The position numbers were made by a program, and so were the translations under genes. A stretch of 62,956 nt of DNA, filler included, from Octopus bimaculoides (lineage: Eukaryota): the NCBI RefSeq assembly GCF_001194135.2. It is 5 parts of 4 records of this genome, joined end to end, with 100 filler letters (N's around TTAATTAATTAA, not from the genome) between each part and the next. Parts side by side here need not be neighbours in the genome. Positions count along the whole stretch, not along the records: positions 49,593 to 60,701 come from NC_068999.1; positions 60,802 to 62,956 come from NC_068992.1; 3 more parts are not named here. The stretch is one strand, 5' to 3'. Of the stretch, positions 50,537 to 62,956 are shown piece by piece. The notes under the pieces were generated by a model. It was not told the DNA's origin. It ran no database searches and was given only the letters and a program-made list of their open reading frames with translations. Within the stretch, counting starts at the first letter, position 1, and every line of letters begins with the position of its first letter.

Positions 50537-51730
50537 GCCTTTGCACAGCTTCTAACGCTGGAAATGTACTACAGTGTAAGCTGTTCACTACCAGTGAACT
50601 AAGGTAACACCTCTTATGTTTCGAGCACCTTCCGGAGTATTCGAGCGGTTCCAAGCAGTGCTGTTTTCTGCAAGTGCCCCACCCTTATTGCAGCCCCTAT
50701 TTGTTCCATGTACTTCTTGAGAATTTTACTCACTGTTCCCAGGGCTCCGATAATTATTGGTACCACTACCACCTTTTTCATCGACCACAACTACTTTACT
50801 ACCCTAGCTGACCTGTCATACCTATCGACTTTTCTTTCTTCCTTATCGCATACCTTGTTGTCAGCTGGTCATCTTTGATCCAGCATAGTTTGGTTTCTTT
50901 CTCTATTAAGACTATGTCTGGCTTCCTATTCTCTATCTCATGGTCGCACTGAATCATAAAATCCCACAGGATCTTTGCATTATCATTTTCAATGATGCCT
51001 TCGAGTTTTGGTCGTACCAATTTTTTCTTCTGTCAAGTCTATACCTGTTGCAAAGTGTCCAATGGACAAGCCTTGCTATATTATCGTGACGTCTTTTATA
51101 TTACTTCTGTGCTAGTGGCGTACATTGGCTGATAATATGCCATACGTTTTCAGCATTTTGTCCACAGATTCTGCACTTACCACTTTCTGATGTGTTGTCT
51201 ACTCAGTATTTTATGTAGTTTGTTCTTAGTGCTTGCTCTTGGGAAGCACAGATCAGACCCCCGTTTCCAGTTTTAAATCACTTTTAGTCATTCATAGCTA
51301 TCTTTTTTCTCTGTCTGTCTTATCTTCAACATCCCTATGAAATTACCCATGCATCCTTTTCTTTACCCATCCATTTTCAGTTTCAATCGTTTTCAATTGC
51401 TTGCACAGTGCTTTATCTTTGCAATCTTTCATCCTACACTAGCATCACCTTCTTATTTCTAATAATAACGGTTCTGTGGCATTTTTTACATACCAAGCTA
51501 TGTTGTTTTCTTCTGCTCTAATGCTGTGTTCGCATCCAATAAGTCCTCTTCCCCCTCTTTTTCTTTGTACATATAGGCTGTCTGTGTCACTTTTTGGGTG
51601 GAGTGACATATATCTAGTTAGCAACTTCCTTGTCTTTCTGTCTAAGCTGTTTTGTTCGTCTACTGTCCATGCGATTACCTCTGCTCCATATATAAGGGAT
51701 GAAACCACCCAGGTTTTTATTTATTCTTAG
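50537..51730 (-). mobile_element. R4/Dong-type RLE retrotransposon, copy A (3' portion: thumb, CCHC knuckle, RLE, 3' UTR)
   Basis: LDRKTRKLLT..HPKSDTDSLYVQRKRGGRGL; CRICGQNAENVWHIISQC (CX2CX8HX4C); KRRHDNIAR; ILWDF..NRKPDIVLIEK; VVPIIIGALG; ends in (TAA)n. Confidence 0.9.
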
Positions 51731-51805
51731 TGTTGCTTAATGTTTTCCTTAAATTGCTGTTTCTTTTCAGATATCATCAGAAAAAGGTAATTAAAATTCA
51801 TTAAA

Positions 51806-52816
51806 ATGATAGATTTATCGGACTTTCAAAGAGATCAAATTGTGTGTGCTCGTATGGCAGGCGATAGCGTAATTAAAACAGCCGAAATGTTTGGTGTATC
51901 AAGAAGTACTGTCTCGAAAGTAATGACAGCCTTTGAGAAAGAAGGAAAAAGCTTCTCGTCGAAAAAAACTCCAGAAGAAAACTAAAACTTTCAGATAGGG
52001 ACCGTCGGACTCTAACGCGAATTATTAGAAAGGATCACAAAAGTACAGCTCCCAAAATTAATGCAGAGCTTAATGACTACCTCGAGAACCCGGTTTCCAC
52101 AAAAACTGTTCGCTGGGAGCTGCACAAAGCTGGATATCATAGGAGGGCTGCAATCAGAAAACCACTATTTTCAGAAACAAATGTTGCAAAGCGTTTAGAG
52201 TGGAGTAAAAACCTACAGATTTGGTCCCTGGATCAGTGGAAGAATGTTATTTTATCGGACGAGTCATTCTTTACCTTATTTCCAAGTATACGTGTGGAGA
52301 CAGCCAAGGAAAGCATTTCATTCAGACTGCCTTCTTCCAACTGTTAAACATGGAGGAGGATTTGTGATGAACTGGGGGTCTGTATCATGGAAATCCGCCG
52401 GCCCACTGGTTTCCCTTCATGGCAAAGTTAATAGCTAAGACTATTTAAGCATTTTATCTGATGAAATTCATCCTATGGTTGCGGAACTGTTTCCGGAGGG
52501 AAACGCAATCTTTCAGGATGATAATGCACCAATTTACACTGCTAAAGTTGTAACTGAATGGCACGAGGAACATTCTAGTGAACATCTTATCTGGCCATCA
52601 CAGTCCCCAGATCTCAATATTATTGAACATTTATGGTGCATTTTGGAAAAACAAGTAAGGAGTCGATATCCTCCACCATCATCACTACAAGAACTGGAGA
52701 CTGTTTTAGCTGAAGAATAGGCAAAAATTCTTTTGGAGACAATTCAAACTTTGTACGAGTCTATACCTCATAGAATTCAAGCTGTAATTACTGCCAAAGG
52801 TGGTCCTACCCCATAT
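51806..52816 (+). pseudogene. Tc1-family DDE transposase, disabled
   Basis: MIDLSDFQRDQIV..GVSRSTVSKVM (paired-like HTH), LSDES, VKHGGG.VM.WG, QDDNAP, SPDLNIIEHLW, KGGPTPY; frameshifts near 51968 and 52285, stops at 52436-52438 and 52718-52720; right end falls in a gap, left TIR not seen. Confidence 0.95.
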
Positions 52817-53859
52817 NNNNNNNNNNNNNNNNNNNNNNNNNNNNNNNNNNNNNNNNNNNNNNNNNNNNNNNNNNNNNNNNNNNNNNNNNNNNNNNNNNNN
52901 NNNNNNNNNNNNNNNNNNNNNNNNNNNNNNNNNNNNNNNNNNNNNNNNNNNNNNNNNNNNNNNNNNNNNNNNNNNNNNNNNNNNNNNNNNNNNNNNNNNN
53001 NNNNNNNNNNNNNNNNNNNNNNNNNNNNNNNNNNNNNNNNNNNNNNNNNNNNNNNNNNNNNNNNNNNNNNNNNNNNNNNNNNNNNNNNNNNNNNNNNNNN
53101 NNNNNNNNNNNNNNNNNNNNNNNNNNNNNNNNNNNNNNNNNNNNNNNNNNNNNNNNNNNNNNNNNNNNNNNNNNNNNNNNNNNNNNNNNNNNNNNNNNNN
53201 NNNNNNNNNNNNNNNNNNNNNNNNNNNNNNNNNNNNNNNNNNNNNNNNNNNNNNNNNNNNNNNNNNNNNNNNNNNNTGGTTTGGGCGTAAGATCATTGAT
53301 TTTAGAGACGAGGAGGCCGAGTTACTGTATTTCTCAAATGTATTAATAACAAAGTGTATAAAATATATATTGCTTCCTTATTTTGTCCTTTAATATAAAG
53401 CTGACCGACAACATCAACGGAGTGATTATAGTGTTGTTTTCCCTCATGGGTGGAATATATTAAAATATGATAGGCTTCTAGAAACAAAGATACCACTTTA
53501 ATATTATTCCGAGATCAATACTAAGCAGGGATTTCATGAACAGTTCTAATTTTTTTTTTTTTTTTTTGGTCTTGCATTATTGATCTTTGCAGATATAATT
53601 ATTAAATGACAGAATGTTTCGGCGAAATGGCTCAACCTGTTTAGATAGGGTATAGCAATGACAGCGTCATCTAAGAGGATTGCATGACTCATTGTTCACC
53701 GCGCTAAATTCATTTGCTCCTATTGAAGTTTCTTACTTTATCGCCAATGAATATCTAAATAACTATTTTTTTACTTGATTATGTTTCCCCCTCACCGATT
53801 TGCTGAAAATATATGTTGCTGCACATTTAGAAATAGCGTGTAATGACCGGATACGTAAT

Positions 53860-54245
53860 AGTAGTTGTCTGTATAGCCAGCCACGGTCTGTTGATGGAAA
53901 ATAGAAAGACACAGTATCTTGATGTTAACTTGAAGAGACACGATGTATTGTTGTTGACCAATGGACACAATCCGTTGTTGTTGACTTACAAACAAGACTG
54001 TAAATGTTGAATGGATAAATCTGTTGTTAACTGGATAGACACAGTCTGATGTTATTGAATGCATAGAATAATCTGTTATTGTTGACTAGACATATCAGTC
54101 TGTGGTTGTTGATTGGACAGAAACTGTCTGTAAATATCGAGAAGATAGACACAGTCTATAGATGTCAGTAATATAGTCTGTTGAGATTTTACTATACAGA
54201 CAACTCTGTTGACTAAGACTAGATATACTTAGTCTATAAATATTA
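53860..54245. repeat. Degenerate ~28-30-bp minisatellite
   Basis: Recurring (AT)AGACACAGTCTG...TGTTGTTGACT units. Confidence 0.7.
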
Positions 54246-55623
54246 ACTTCATAGAAAATTTTGTCGTTGAAAGGAGGATCTGTGGATGTTCAGTGGTTAG
54301 GTAGTATGTAGATGGCGGCTATAGATATACAATTACAGTGTATACGATTTAAGATTATATAATGTATAAAGTTTAAGTTTTTTTATAGAGTGTGCCGGCG
54401 AAAATAGGATAAATTATATCAAGTTGTACAAAAATCCATTAATAGTTATGGATGACTTGTAGTAGGTCTACCATTGTAACAGCTACCTCTGTGGTAAAAT
54501 TAATTGTACGACTTTTTTAATAGCCACAAATCTAAGCAGGAACAGGAAAAATTCCTATCACGCCTTTCAAAGAATTCCAAATTGGAATTATAAGTTGAAA
54601 AATACCTGTCTACCATTGCACCCCTTACAAATCAGTTTCCCCAGTTGAATAAGTTACTGCTTTGTAAGTACTTTTATCATTAAATATACACGAAGTCTCC
54701 TGAATTTGGAAGTCAACGAAACAACTGTATCGATCAAATTAGCTAAAATACGCATTTATACAGCAGTGTATAGATGTTAGTAAGAATTTTACCATAGAAA
54801 ACGAGTGTTTTGAATTTGTAATTTCATTTTTCCTATTTCTCATCTTTCTGCCTCTCATTATATTCTCTTTGAACTGTAGCACGTATTCTACTATATATTA
54901 TTGCAGATGATTTGTTCTTTCATGTTTCTCCGCTTTTTAATCTTCTCACTATTTAACCTTTCTTTCCGATATTGGTTCATCCCGGCAGTTGTCTCAATGA
55001 AAAGGGTCAGCCGGTTTTCAATAAATTCTATTTGGTCCTGAGCTCTGTTAAGCATTAATATGGCTGACACTGAAGAGTTCTAAAGACGACATAACTGTTA
55101 TAACAAGACTACAGACAACACCTAAACAGTTTACAAATAGAACAGTAAATAGGCGATTGTAAGCAATGATTAAGATTACAACATTCTTTCGCTCTCTTTT
55201 CTAATGAAATAAGGTAGGTTTTTCTGAAACAGCAGTTTTTGTGATTGAATAGTACTCCTGATTCTAACATTACGTTTAACCACCATCTTTGAAGAAACTC
55301 TCCCAAATTTTTTTAATAATATTCGCTAAACTTATTTTTCTGTTTTTTTTTTTTTTGACAGATTTTTGTATTTTTTTATCAACTGTTCTGTTTATCTATT
55401 TATAACAATTGCCAGACGATATCTGTTTATTGAAATAGATAATTTCTCTCTTCCTCTCTCCTTCCTGCTCTCTCTCCTTCTTGCTCTCTCTCTCTCCATA
55501 TTTCTCACTCACTATATATATGTGTGGGGGGTGTATGTGTGCGTGTATGCATATATGTAGGAGTAGCTGTGTGGTATACATATATATATGTAGGAGTGAC
55601 TGTATGTATGTATGTATGTATTC

Positions 55624-55828
55624 GTGTCTGTATTTGTCCCCCTACCATCGCTTGACACTGATGTTGGTGTGTTTGCGTCCCTGTAACTGAGCAGTTCGGC
55701 AAAACAGACCGATAGAATAAGTACTAGGCTTACAAAGAATAAGTCCTGGGATCGGTTTATTCGACTAAAGGCGGTGCTCCAGCATGGCCGCAGTCAACTG
55801 ACTGAAACAAGTAAAAGAATAAAAGAAT
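55624..55828 (+). mobile_element. SINE family A body/tail
   Basis: GACCGATAGAATAAGTACTAGGCTTACAAAGAATAAGTCCTGGG...GGCGGTGCTCCAGCATGGCCGCAGTC..TGACTGAAACAAGTAAAAGAAT. Confidence 0.9.
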
Positions 55829-58817
55829 ATTTATATATGTACACACACGCACACACACGCACCCATACACACACATACACACACACACACATATATATTT
55901 CGCTTAGGCATTGCGATACTAATAACCTGGTGTAGAACTCAATATACGCGTGTTTCTGGATGAAGCGTTAGTCAAGTACAGGGCGATAATAAGGCAAAAA
56001 GAGATGGCAAAGGAATAAATTATCTTATGAACTTCATTAGCTCACTGCTGTTTCCGCTATAAGATGCAGTGAACTCATAATTGAGTGCCTGGTTAACAGC
56101 TCCACAATAGCCTCAACCATGAAGAGCACTTTATTTTGGAAAACAACTACATTTATGTATATGCACAGGAAAAGCAGTATCAATATACCATATGCGCGCA
56201 CACACATCTGTACGAATGCATGTATATGTATACAAACACACATACACATACACATTATGCTCTACGTTTGTACAGCCAACACTTTTGCCTTATGCATGTA
56301 TGTTATGTGTGTTTGAGTGTATTTGCGCATACGTAGGTGTAAATCTCAATCTGAATGTTCCTGAGAAACTTATATACATTTTTACAAACACTTGTTCCAT
56401 TTCTGGGCGTTGTTCAGTTACGTGCAGCGCTTCTGTCAATTGACGTTGCTCTAAACACACTCCATTTACCACCTAGCTGATTTCCTAATGCAGAATAAAT
56501 GTGTATTATCTAAGATCAATGTAGATGTGTTTTTCCTCCTTTCTATAATTCTCTGTCCATGATGAAGAAATAATGAGCCATGATTTTTCTCAATTTAGCA
56601 CTCTTTAGAAAACTAGCAGCCGACCATTTTCCTTGCAGCAGATAGTCAAATCACTGTACTAATTTAGATGCTGAATTGGTTCAGCTGCAATCAGCACCCA
56701 GTATATAGAGTTATTTTTCCTTTGCCGTCTTTTCTCTTCGTTGATAGCTAATTATTATCCTTTACGTGGTATTCTGCATGCAACCCTAAATACGTCATTC
56801 GGTTTCAAGCAGTAACACGCTACAAACATAATTTATTGGCATGCTTTCTTCCAACCTCTCTCACTTTTGCCATTACTTCAACATTTCCTGCTCATCTGAA
56901 CAAGTTTGGGTCGTCTGCGCTTCCGCCGACTAGACTGAATAATTCAACAAAGTACTATGCACTTGTGTGTGTGTGTGTGTGTGTGTGTGTGTCTGTGTAC
57001 GCGCGCGCTTCTTCAGGTGTCGAAATTTTCGGCACACAACTGTGACCTGGTTGTTGTCGCGCTACCATTCCGTAAAACTCTGTCAAGTACCAGATCGTAG
57101 CTGTGCCAAATTTTATTATAAGATAAGTAATGTAAATTGGAGGGAATTTTTATCTTTGATGCTACATCGGTAGCAACAACACAAATAACAACAACGTAAA
57201 CGTCAACGCTAGCGACAACATTGATAGTGAAAATAACGATGGCAACAACGTTAGTTACTACTAACAGTGACTATGTCTCTATTGCTGTGGCATTTTTACG
57301 TGTCACTGGGCGAGCTGAAGTAGTCGTTAAATTTCCCTCAAACCTATCTTCTTAAAATGGGAAGACACAATTTGGTTCTAGATGCACTATCGGCCTATTA
57401 GGAGTGATCTAAGAGACAGTAATTCTCATTTGTAACACAATGTCAATACCAACGTGTATGTCCAACTGTGATAATTAAACTATCAATAAATAAATTAATT
57501 AGTTAATTAGTTAATTAATCAGCAGAAAGTTCATTGTAATTAATTTTCACAGGTTATGTATGAAAAATGTTAACTTAGCCATAATTATTTCGATGCTATC
57601 AACATTTAACCTTTTCCCCGGCATTTGCAGATTTTTAAAATTTGACATAGCCATACAAAGCAGATCTTTGAAAAAGACATGAACTTCAGACAATTTCAAT
57701 TTCCTCCCGTCAATAGCTCAAAATCCTTTGCTGTCTATTTACTTATGCACGCGCGCGCACACATACACACATCTATGTACGTACTTACGCATGTATGTAT
57801 GTATGTATGTATGTATGTATGTGTATATTGCCATCAACTAAGTTTGAACACATGTCTTCTAGACTGCTATTCATCCTTGTTAACTATCATTCAAAAATCT
57901 ACGATTAGCTTGCCATTCTGTCTATTCACCGTTCGGTCTCATGAATTCAACATACCAGTCTGTGAGAGAGTTAGATATTCAATAACCAATCTAGAAAATA
58001 TGAGAAAATAAAGAAAAAAACTTGGATATCCGTTTATTATATTTTATAAATCAAATATATCCATAAGTTGACAACTGTTCACTGTAAACTTTCGTCTGTT
58101 CTCTGCAGTATAGCAAATATAGTCGGAATCAATACAATGTATTTGATGTATAGAATGATCTTGTATATTCACGCACTCACACAAGCATGCACATAAGACA
58201 GTAAAATAGAAACTAACATATCCACACACATACATAACTGAATGCAATTCAAACGACTTGAATAATACCTCCGTTCGTATTGGAAAGGCGAAAAGGACAA
58301 AGGTGTTATGTAGAAGGTTGGAAAAAGCAATGATGGAAAACGGCCAGACAATGAAGATTTGGATAACATTCGATTATGATCGACATTTCTGTGACACATT
58401 GAATATTAATGTAACAATAGTTTTATAGATATTAGGGATCGTGCATGCTAGCTCACACACCCAGAAATAGGCATATTTCTAATACCGAAATATCGATTAC
58501 CACTGCCATCATTTATTATTCGTATTATTAGTAGTATTAATGCTACTATTGATTCTCTATATGTGTATTAATGGCAACATTGGCTTTCCGATAAACATAA
58601 AGATATAAATCAGCTAATATGGTTTGTCACAATGGGTAGTTTGATTCCACTGAAGAGTCAATGTAGACCGGAAGAAAAAAGAAGTCGATTTCCGGTTGAC
58701 ATTTTCATATACTCAATATCAGATTACTGCGTGACTTTTCTTTCCTTACTTATACGTTTGTAGACGTGAAACAAATTCACAAATACACATATGAATGTAT
58801 TAAAGTATATATGTATG

Positions 58818-58864
<47 letters not shown>

Positions 58865-59900
58865 TACATATAAGATGGTGACCACTAAGTGGATATCCAA
58901 TATATATATANNNNNNNNNNNNNNNNNNNNNNNNNNNNNNNNNNNNNNNNNNNNNNNNNNNNNNNNNNNNNNNNNNNNNNNNNNNNNNNNNNNNNNNNNN
59001 NNNNNNNNNNNNNNNNNNNNNNNNNNNNNNNNNNNNNNNNNNNNNNNNNNNNNNNNNNNNNNNNNNNNNNNNNNNNNNNNNNNNNNNNNNNNNNNNNNNN
59101 NNNNNNNNNNNNNNNNNNNNNNNNNNNNNNNNNNNNNNNNNNNNNNNNNNNNNNNNNNNNNNNNNNNNNNNNNNNNNNNNNNNNNNNNNNNNNNNNNNNN
59201 NNNNNNNNNNNNNNNNNNNNNNNNNNNNNNNNNNNNNNNNNNNNNNNNNNNNNNNNNNNNNNNNNNNNNNNNNNNNNNNNNNNNNNNNNNNNNNNNNNNN
59301 NNNNNNNNNNNNNNNNNNNNNNNNNNNNNNNNNNNNNNNNNNNNNNNNNNNNNNNNNNNNNNNNNNNNNNNNNNNNNNNNNNNNNNNNNNNNNNNNNNNN
59401 NNNNNNNNNNNNNNNNNNNNNNNNNNNNNNNNNNNNNNNNNNNNNNNNNNNNNNNNNNNNNNNNNNNNNNNNNNNNNNNNNNNNNNNNNNNNNNNNNNNN
59501 NNNNNNNNNNNNNNNNNNNNNNNNNNNNNNNNNNNNNNNNNNNNNNNNNNNNNNNNNNNNNNNNNNNNNNNNNNNNNNNNNNNNNNNNNNNNNNNNNNNN
59601 NNNNNNNNNNNNNNNNNNNNNNNNNNNNNNNNNNNNNNNNNNNNNNNNNNNNNNNNNNNNNNNNNNNNNNNNNNNNNNNNNNNNNNNNNNNNNNNNNNNN
59701 NNNNNNNNNNNNNNNNNNNNNNNNNNNNNNNNNNNNNNNNNNNNNNNNNNNNNNNNNNNNNNNNNNNNNNNNNNNNNNNNNNNNNNNNNNNNNNNNNNNN
59801 NNNNNNNNNNNNNNNNNNNNNNNNNNNNNNNNNNNNNNNNNNNNNNNNNNNNNNNNNNNNNNNNNNNNNNNNNNNNNNNNNNNNNNNNNNNNNNNNNNNN

Positions 59901-59939
<39 letters not shown>

Positions 59940-59941
59940 TA

Positions 59942-60350
59942 CAGGGCTAGCCAAAAGTCACCTGACAGGAAACCAAAACCCATTTAATTCCAAGTTTTTT
60001 TGCGAACAACTTCCACATGCAAGTGCTACCAGTCGAAAGCTCCGCATACTGGAATCCAGCAATTGTATGAGGTCATCAGGAGAGAATGCACGTCATTTCG
60101 GGGCCTACCTCTCGACGGCATCATTGCGCACCGGTCCCACCCCCTTACTGATATGTGCGGCCCCGTTTGCTAGATCAGCTGGTTATCAAATAAAGCTCAA
60201 CTAAGTGTGGAATCCTATACAAGACAGTGCTACAGTTGTTTATAGCTCAAGGAAGACATCTCCATCTGGCTTACGACCCACAGTCTGTGTCCGATTAACA
60301 TTTGCGAGAGGAGGTCATCGCTCCCATCTCACGCCGTACGTGATACATAC
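59942..60350 (-). mobile_element. Probable Tc1/mariner terminal fragment
   Basis: TA|CAGGGCTAGCCAAAAGTCACCTGACAG TIR-like end; minus-strand SPDDLIQLLDSSMRSFRLVALACG loosely resembles a transposase C-terminus; other end not found. Confidence 0.4.
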
Positions 60351-60665
60351 AGAATTGAGTTTCTGTGTGGTTACCCATATACATATGCATTTACGCGTAT
60401 TTTAAATGTATACATGCATAATGATAGATAGATAGATAGATAGATAGATTAACCTTACATATCAACTCTTCTAGTCATTGTTTTTACATTTATTATGGAC
60501 ACCCACTTCAAATAAACTTTTTCAAAATGAAAATGTAAAGATTTAACACTATAGATTTAATATGTGCAAGTCGGATGTATAGTGATAAGCTGTTTGTGTA
60601 TGTATAACCATCTCTCTCTCTCTCTCGCTTTTGCTCTCTCCATCTCTCTATCAAATCTCTCCCCC

Positions 60666-60701
<36 letters not shown>

Positions 60702-60801
60702 NNNNNNNNNNNNNNNNNNNNNNNNNNNNNNNNNNNNNNNNNNNNTTAATTAATTAANNNNNNNNNNNNNNNNNNNNNNNNNNNNNNNNNNNNNNNNNNN
60801 N
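60702..60801. other. Artificial scaffold join N44-TTAATTAATTAA-N44
   Basis: 100 bp, identical structure. Confidence 0.95.
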
Positions 60802-60861
<60 letters not shown>

Positions 60862-61530
60862 CGCACACACACACTGATAGTGTATTTTGAATATTCGTGG
60901 TTTTTTTAAAATCCAGGCACAGTTTATCGCTAGATAATCTGAAACTCATGAACAAATACGAGGTGCCTTGCCGATCGAATTAATTCGAAACATTAAATAA
61001 AAATGAATATACAATCGCGCTCATTTGCGCTTACGAAATAGCAGATGATTCTATTGGACAGTGTAATCTTATATTATAAAAGAGAAACTGATCTGCGTAT
61101 GTCTGTCCGTTACAACATCTGTGTAAAGAGAGGGAAGAAGGAATGGAGAAAATGTTGTTGAGAGAGACATACTGTGAGAGTGAGAGAGAGTGTACGAAAG
61201 ATGAATAAATAAGTAGTGTTATCTCCTTAGTAACAAAAAAGTTTCGATTAAAAAGGCGGGAATTTTAAGTGCACGTCTATCAGCATAATGCCACACAGAC
61301 TTCAGGGAAAGTCTATATGTATATCTATATAATACATATAGTTATTTCTTTTTTGGTTGTTTTTGTGTGCATGTGCGCGCGCGCGCGCGTGTGTGTGAGT
61401 GTGTGTGTGTGTTTCTGTATGTCTTTCAACATATTGAGAACGGAATACAGACTTTAATATAGGACTTTCCCTTTGAACAATTTATGAAGGTACGTGCATG
61501 ATTAACAAAAATTTTCACGGCAACGTAGCG

Positions 61531-61751
61531 ATGGATGACGATCTAGTAATAATAAAAGTTGAGATTAGCTCCGCAAGTGAAAATACTATCAATGAAACTA
61601 TAATTAATTTCCAAGATAGAGACAGAACTATGAAGAACAATGAAATAAAGAAAAAAAACCTCCAAGAATGTTTAGACAAACATTACGACGTCCACTACAA
61701 GAGAAAATTAATTTTACCAACAAGATCAAGAAAACTATATTCTGCCGCTAG
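61531..61751 (+). CDS. Candidate first coding exon, unknown product (MDDDLVIIKVE...KLYSAA)
   Basis: 73 open codons of non-repetitive composition ending at a possible donor AG|GTAAAC; no homology recognised. Confidence 0.2.
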
Positions 61752-61861
61752 GTAAACTAATGATATTAATAATGGCAACACCAGCACCACACGAAAGTCA
61801 TCGACTCCGAAGTAAATAAGACACATGACAGAGTTGCTATCGACTTTTGGGTAGGCGTCTT

Positions 61862-61877
61862 CAAACATGGCGGAAGT
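61862..61877 (+). promoter_or_regulatory. Overlapping YY1-like (AACATGGCG) and ETS-like (CGGAAGTG) motifs
   Basis: CAAACATGGCGGAAGTG seen directly; a second YY1-like CAAGATGGCC at 62244-62253. Confidence 0.3.
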
Positions 61878-62568
61878 GCAACGTACTGATATTCTTGTTA
61901 GATAAGCTCTGTCAAAGACATTGTAAATGAGACAGTTATTTTCAATAAATATTGAAAACACACATGTATTGTTTGGCATGTAAATGAGCACATCTTCGTA
62001 ACTCATATACACAAAGTGACAAGAAAGTTATTGGATGACAGATGTACATAAAGGCATTTAAAGAGGAAACATTGCTGATAATTTTTTCCAAGGATGATGA
62101 ATTGCAGGAACATGACAGAAGTAAAACAGAGTAAAATATAAAATGATTTCACATCTTGCGCAGAAAATGTGCAGTATACTTGTTTATAATAGTGACATGC
62201 ACAGCACTATTCACAACATAGATTAAAGGTTATAATCAAGATTCAAGATGGCCACCCGAAGCACATCCTTCGGCAGAGAAACATTCATTTCTTTTATTAA
62301 AGCTTACAGTTTTTCAATTTAGTAAATGAAGTAAAATTACCAACCTGTAATTCATTGCCACACGCAATCCAACAACATGTATGAAGAAATTCACTTATCA
62401 AGAAATACCATCTTCCATTCTGTTATGAAAGGCAGAAATCATGATGGAATGGCCACATAAATTCATTTAGGTATGACACTCTGAAATACGAGGTAACACT
62501 TAAACTTAAATAGTGATATAGTAATACGACAAATGAAATCTGTGATAGACAGCATATAACCCGAAAAC

Positions 62569-62610
<42 letters not shown>

Positions 62611-62700
62611 TAAGGGATACGTATATATATATATAATATATATTTCATTTTTAGATTTGGTTTGCAAGATTCTCTATGTGAGTTCGTGTGTTGAAGCATT

Positions 62701-62895
62701 ATTCTGTTGTCTGGGGAGAGTCAATCTCTTTTGCTACCTTATAATTTAACACACTCACCGGTAAAATTTCCACTTATTTCTTTTTTATTTTAAAAACTTT
62801 TTCTATATCAAAAAGAAATAAGTGGAAATTTACCGGTGAGCGTGTTAAATTATAAGGCATCAAAAGAGAATAACTCTCTCCAGACACAACAGAAT
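62701..62895. repeat. ~85-bp inverted repeat with a ~24-nt spacer
   Basis: ATTCTGTTGT..CTGG.GAGAGT...CCTTATAATTTAACAC.CTCACCGGTAAA.TTTCCACTTATTTCTTTTT and its reverse complement; about 8 differences. Confidence 0.95.
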
Positions 62896-62956
62896 ATATA
62901 TATATATATATATATATCACTTTTCCCCCCTCTCGTTCTTCTTCTGCGACTACTAC

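Noticed and set aside
55070-55102. CTGAAGA-GTTCTAAAGAC-GACA-TAACTGTTATA hammerhead-like string
   Set aside because: GAAA broken, weak stem II, no stem I, no shared family flanks
58265-58430. SVRIGKAK peptide suggestive of RTE
   Set aside because: Single short motif with no flanking RTE motifs
58650-58710. CTGAAGA-GTC-AATGTA-GAC-CGGAA hammerhead-like string and a 14-bp imperfect inverted repeat
   Set aside because: Needs two edits to fit the core and lacks stems I and III; kept only as a weak possibility

Overview
AT-rich, microsatellite-saturated eukaryotic genomic DNA. The repeat families point to a coleoid cephalopod, most likely Octopus (inference from recalled SINE/RTE sequences, no database search). 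It is a short-read assembly with many N gaps, four of them 100-bp artificial joins (N44-TTAATTAATTAA-N44). I recognise no host protein-coding gene; nearly all listed ORFs are microsatellite, gap or retroelement artefacts. The window holds three tRNA-derived SINE families (A, B, C; my labels), decayed CR1-group, RTE and RTE-X LINEs, two different R4/Dong-type RLE retrotransposons stacked at a (TAA)n tract, a decayed Tc1 transposase gene, a mariner-derived fold-back palindrome, TTAA-flanked MITE-like hairpins and a few candidate short exons. Most notable: (1) three dispersed minimal hammerhead-ribozyme-like cores with covarying stem II, probably Penelope-like element ends; (2) the dominant SINE shares its 3' tail with a CR1-group LINE in the same window and carries an internal microsatellite that takes nested insertions; (3) stacking of Dong-like elements at TAA; (4) several long hairpins that could form dsRNA.
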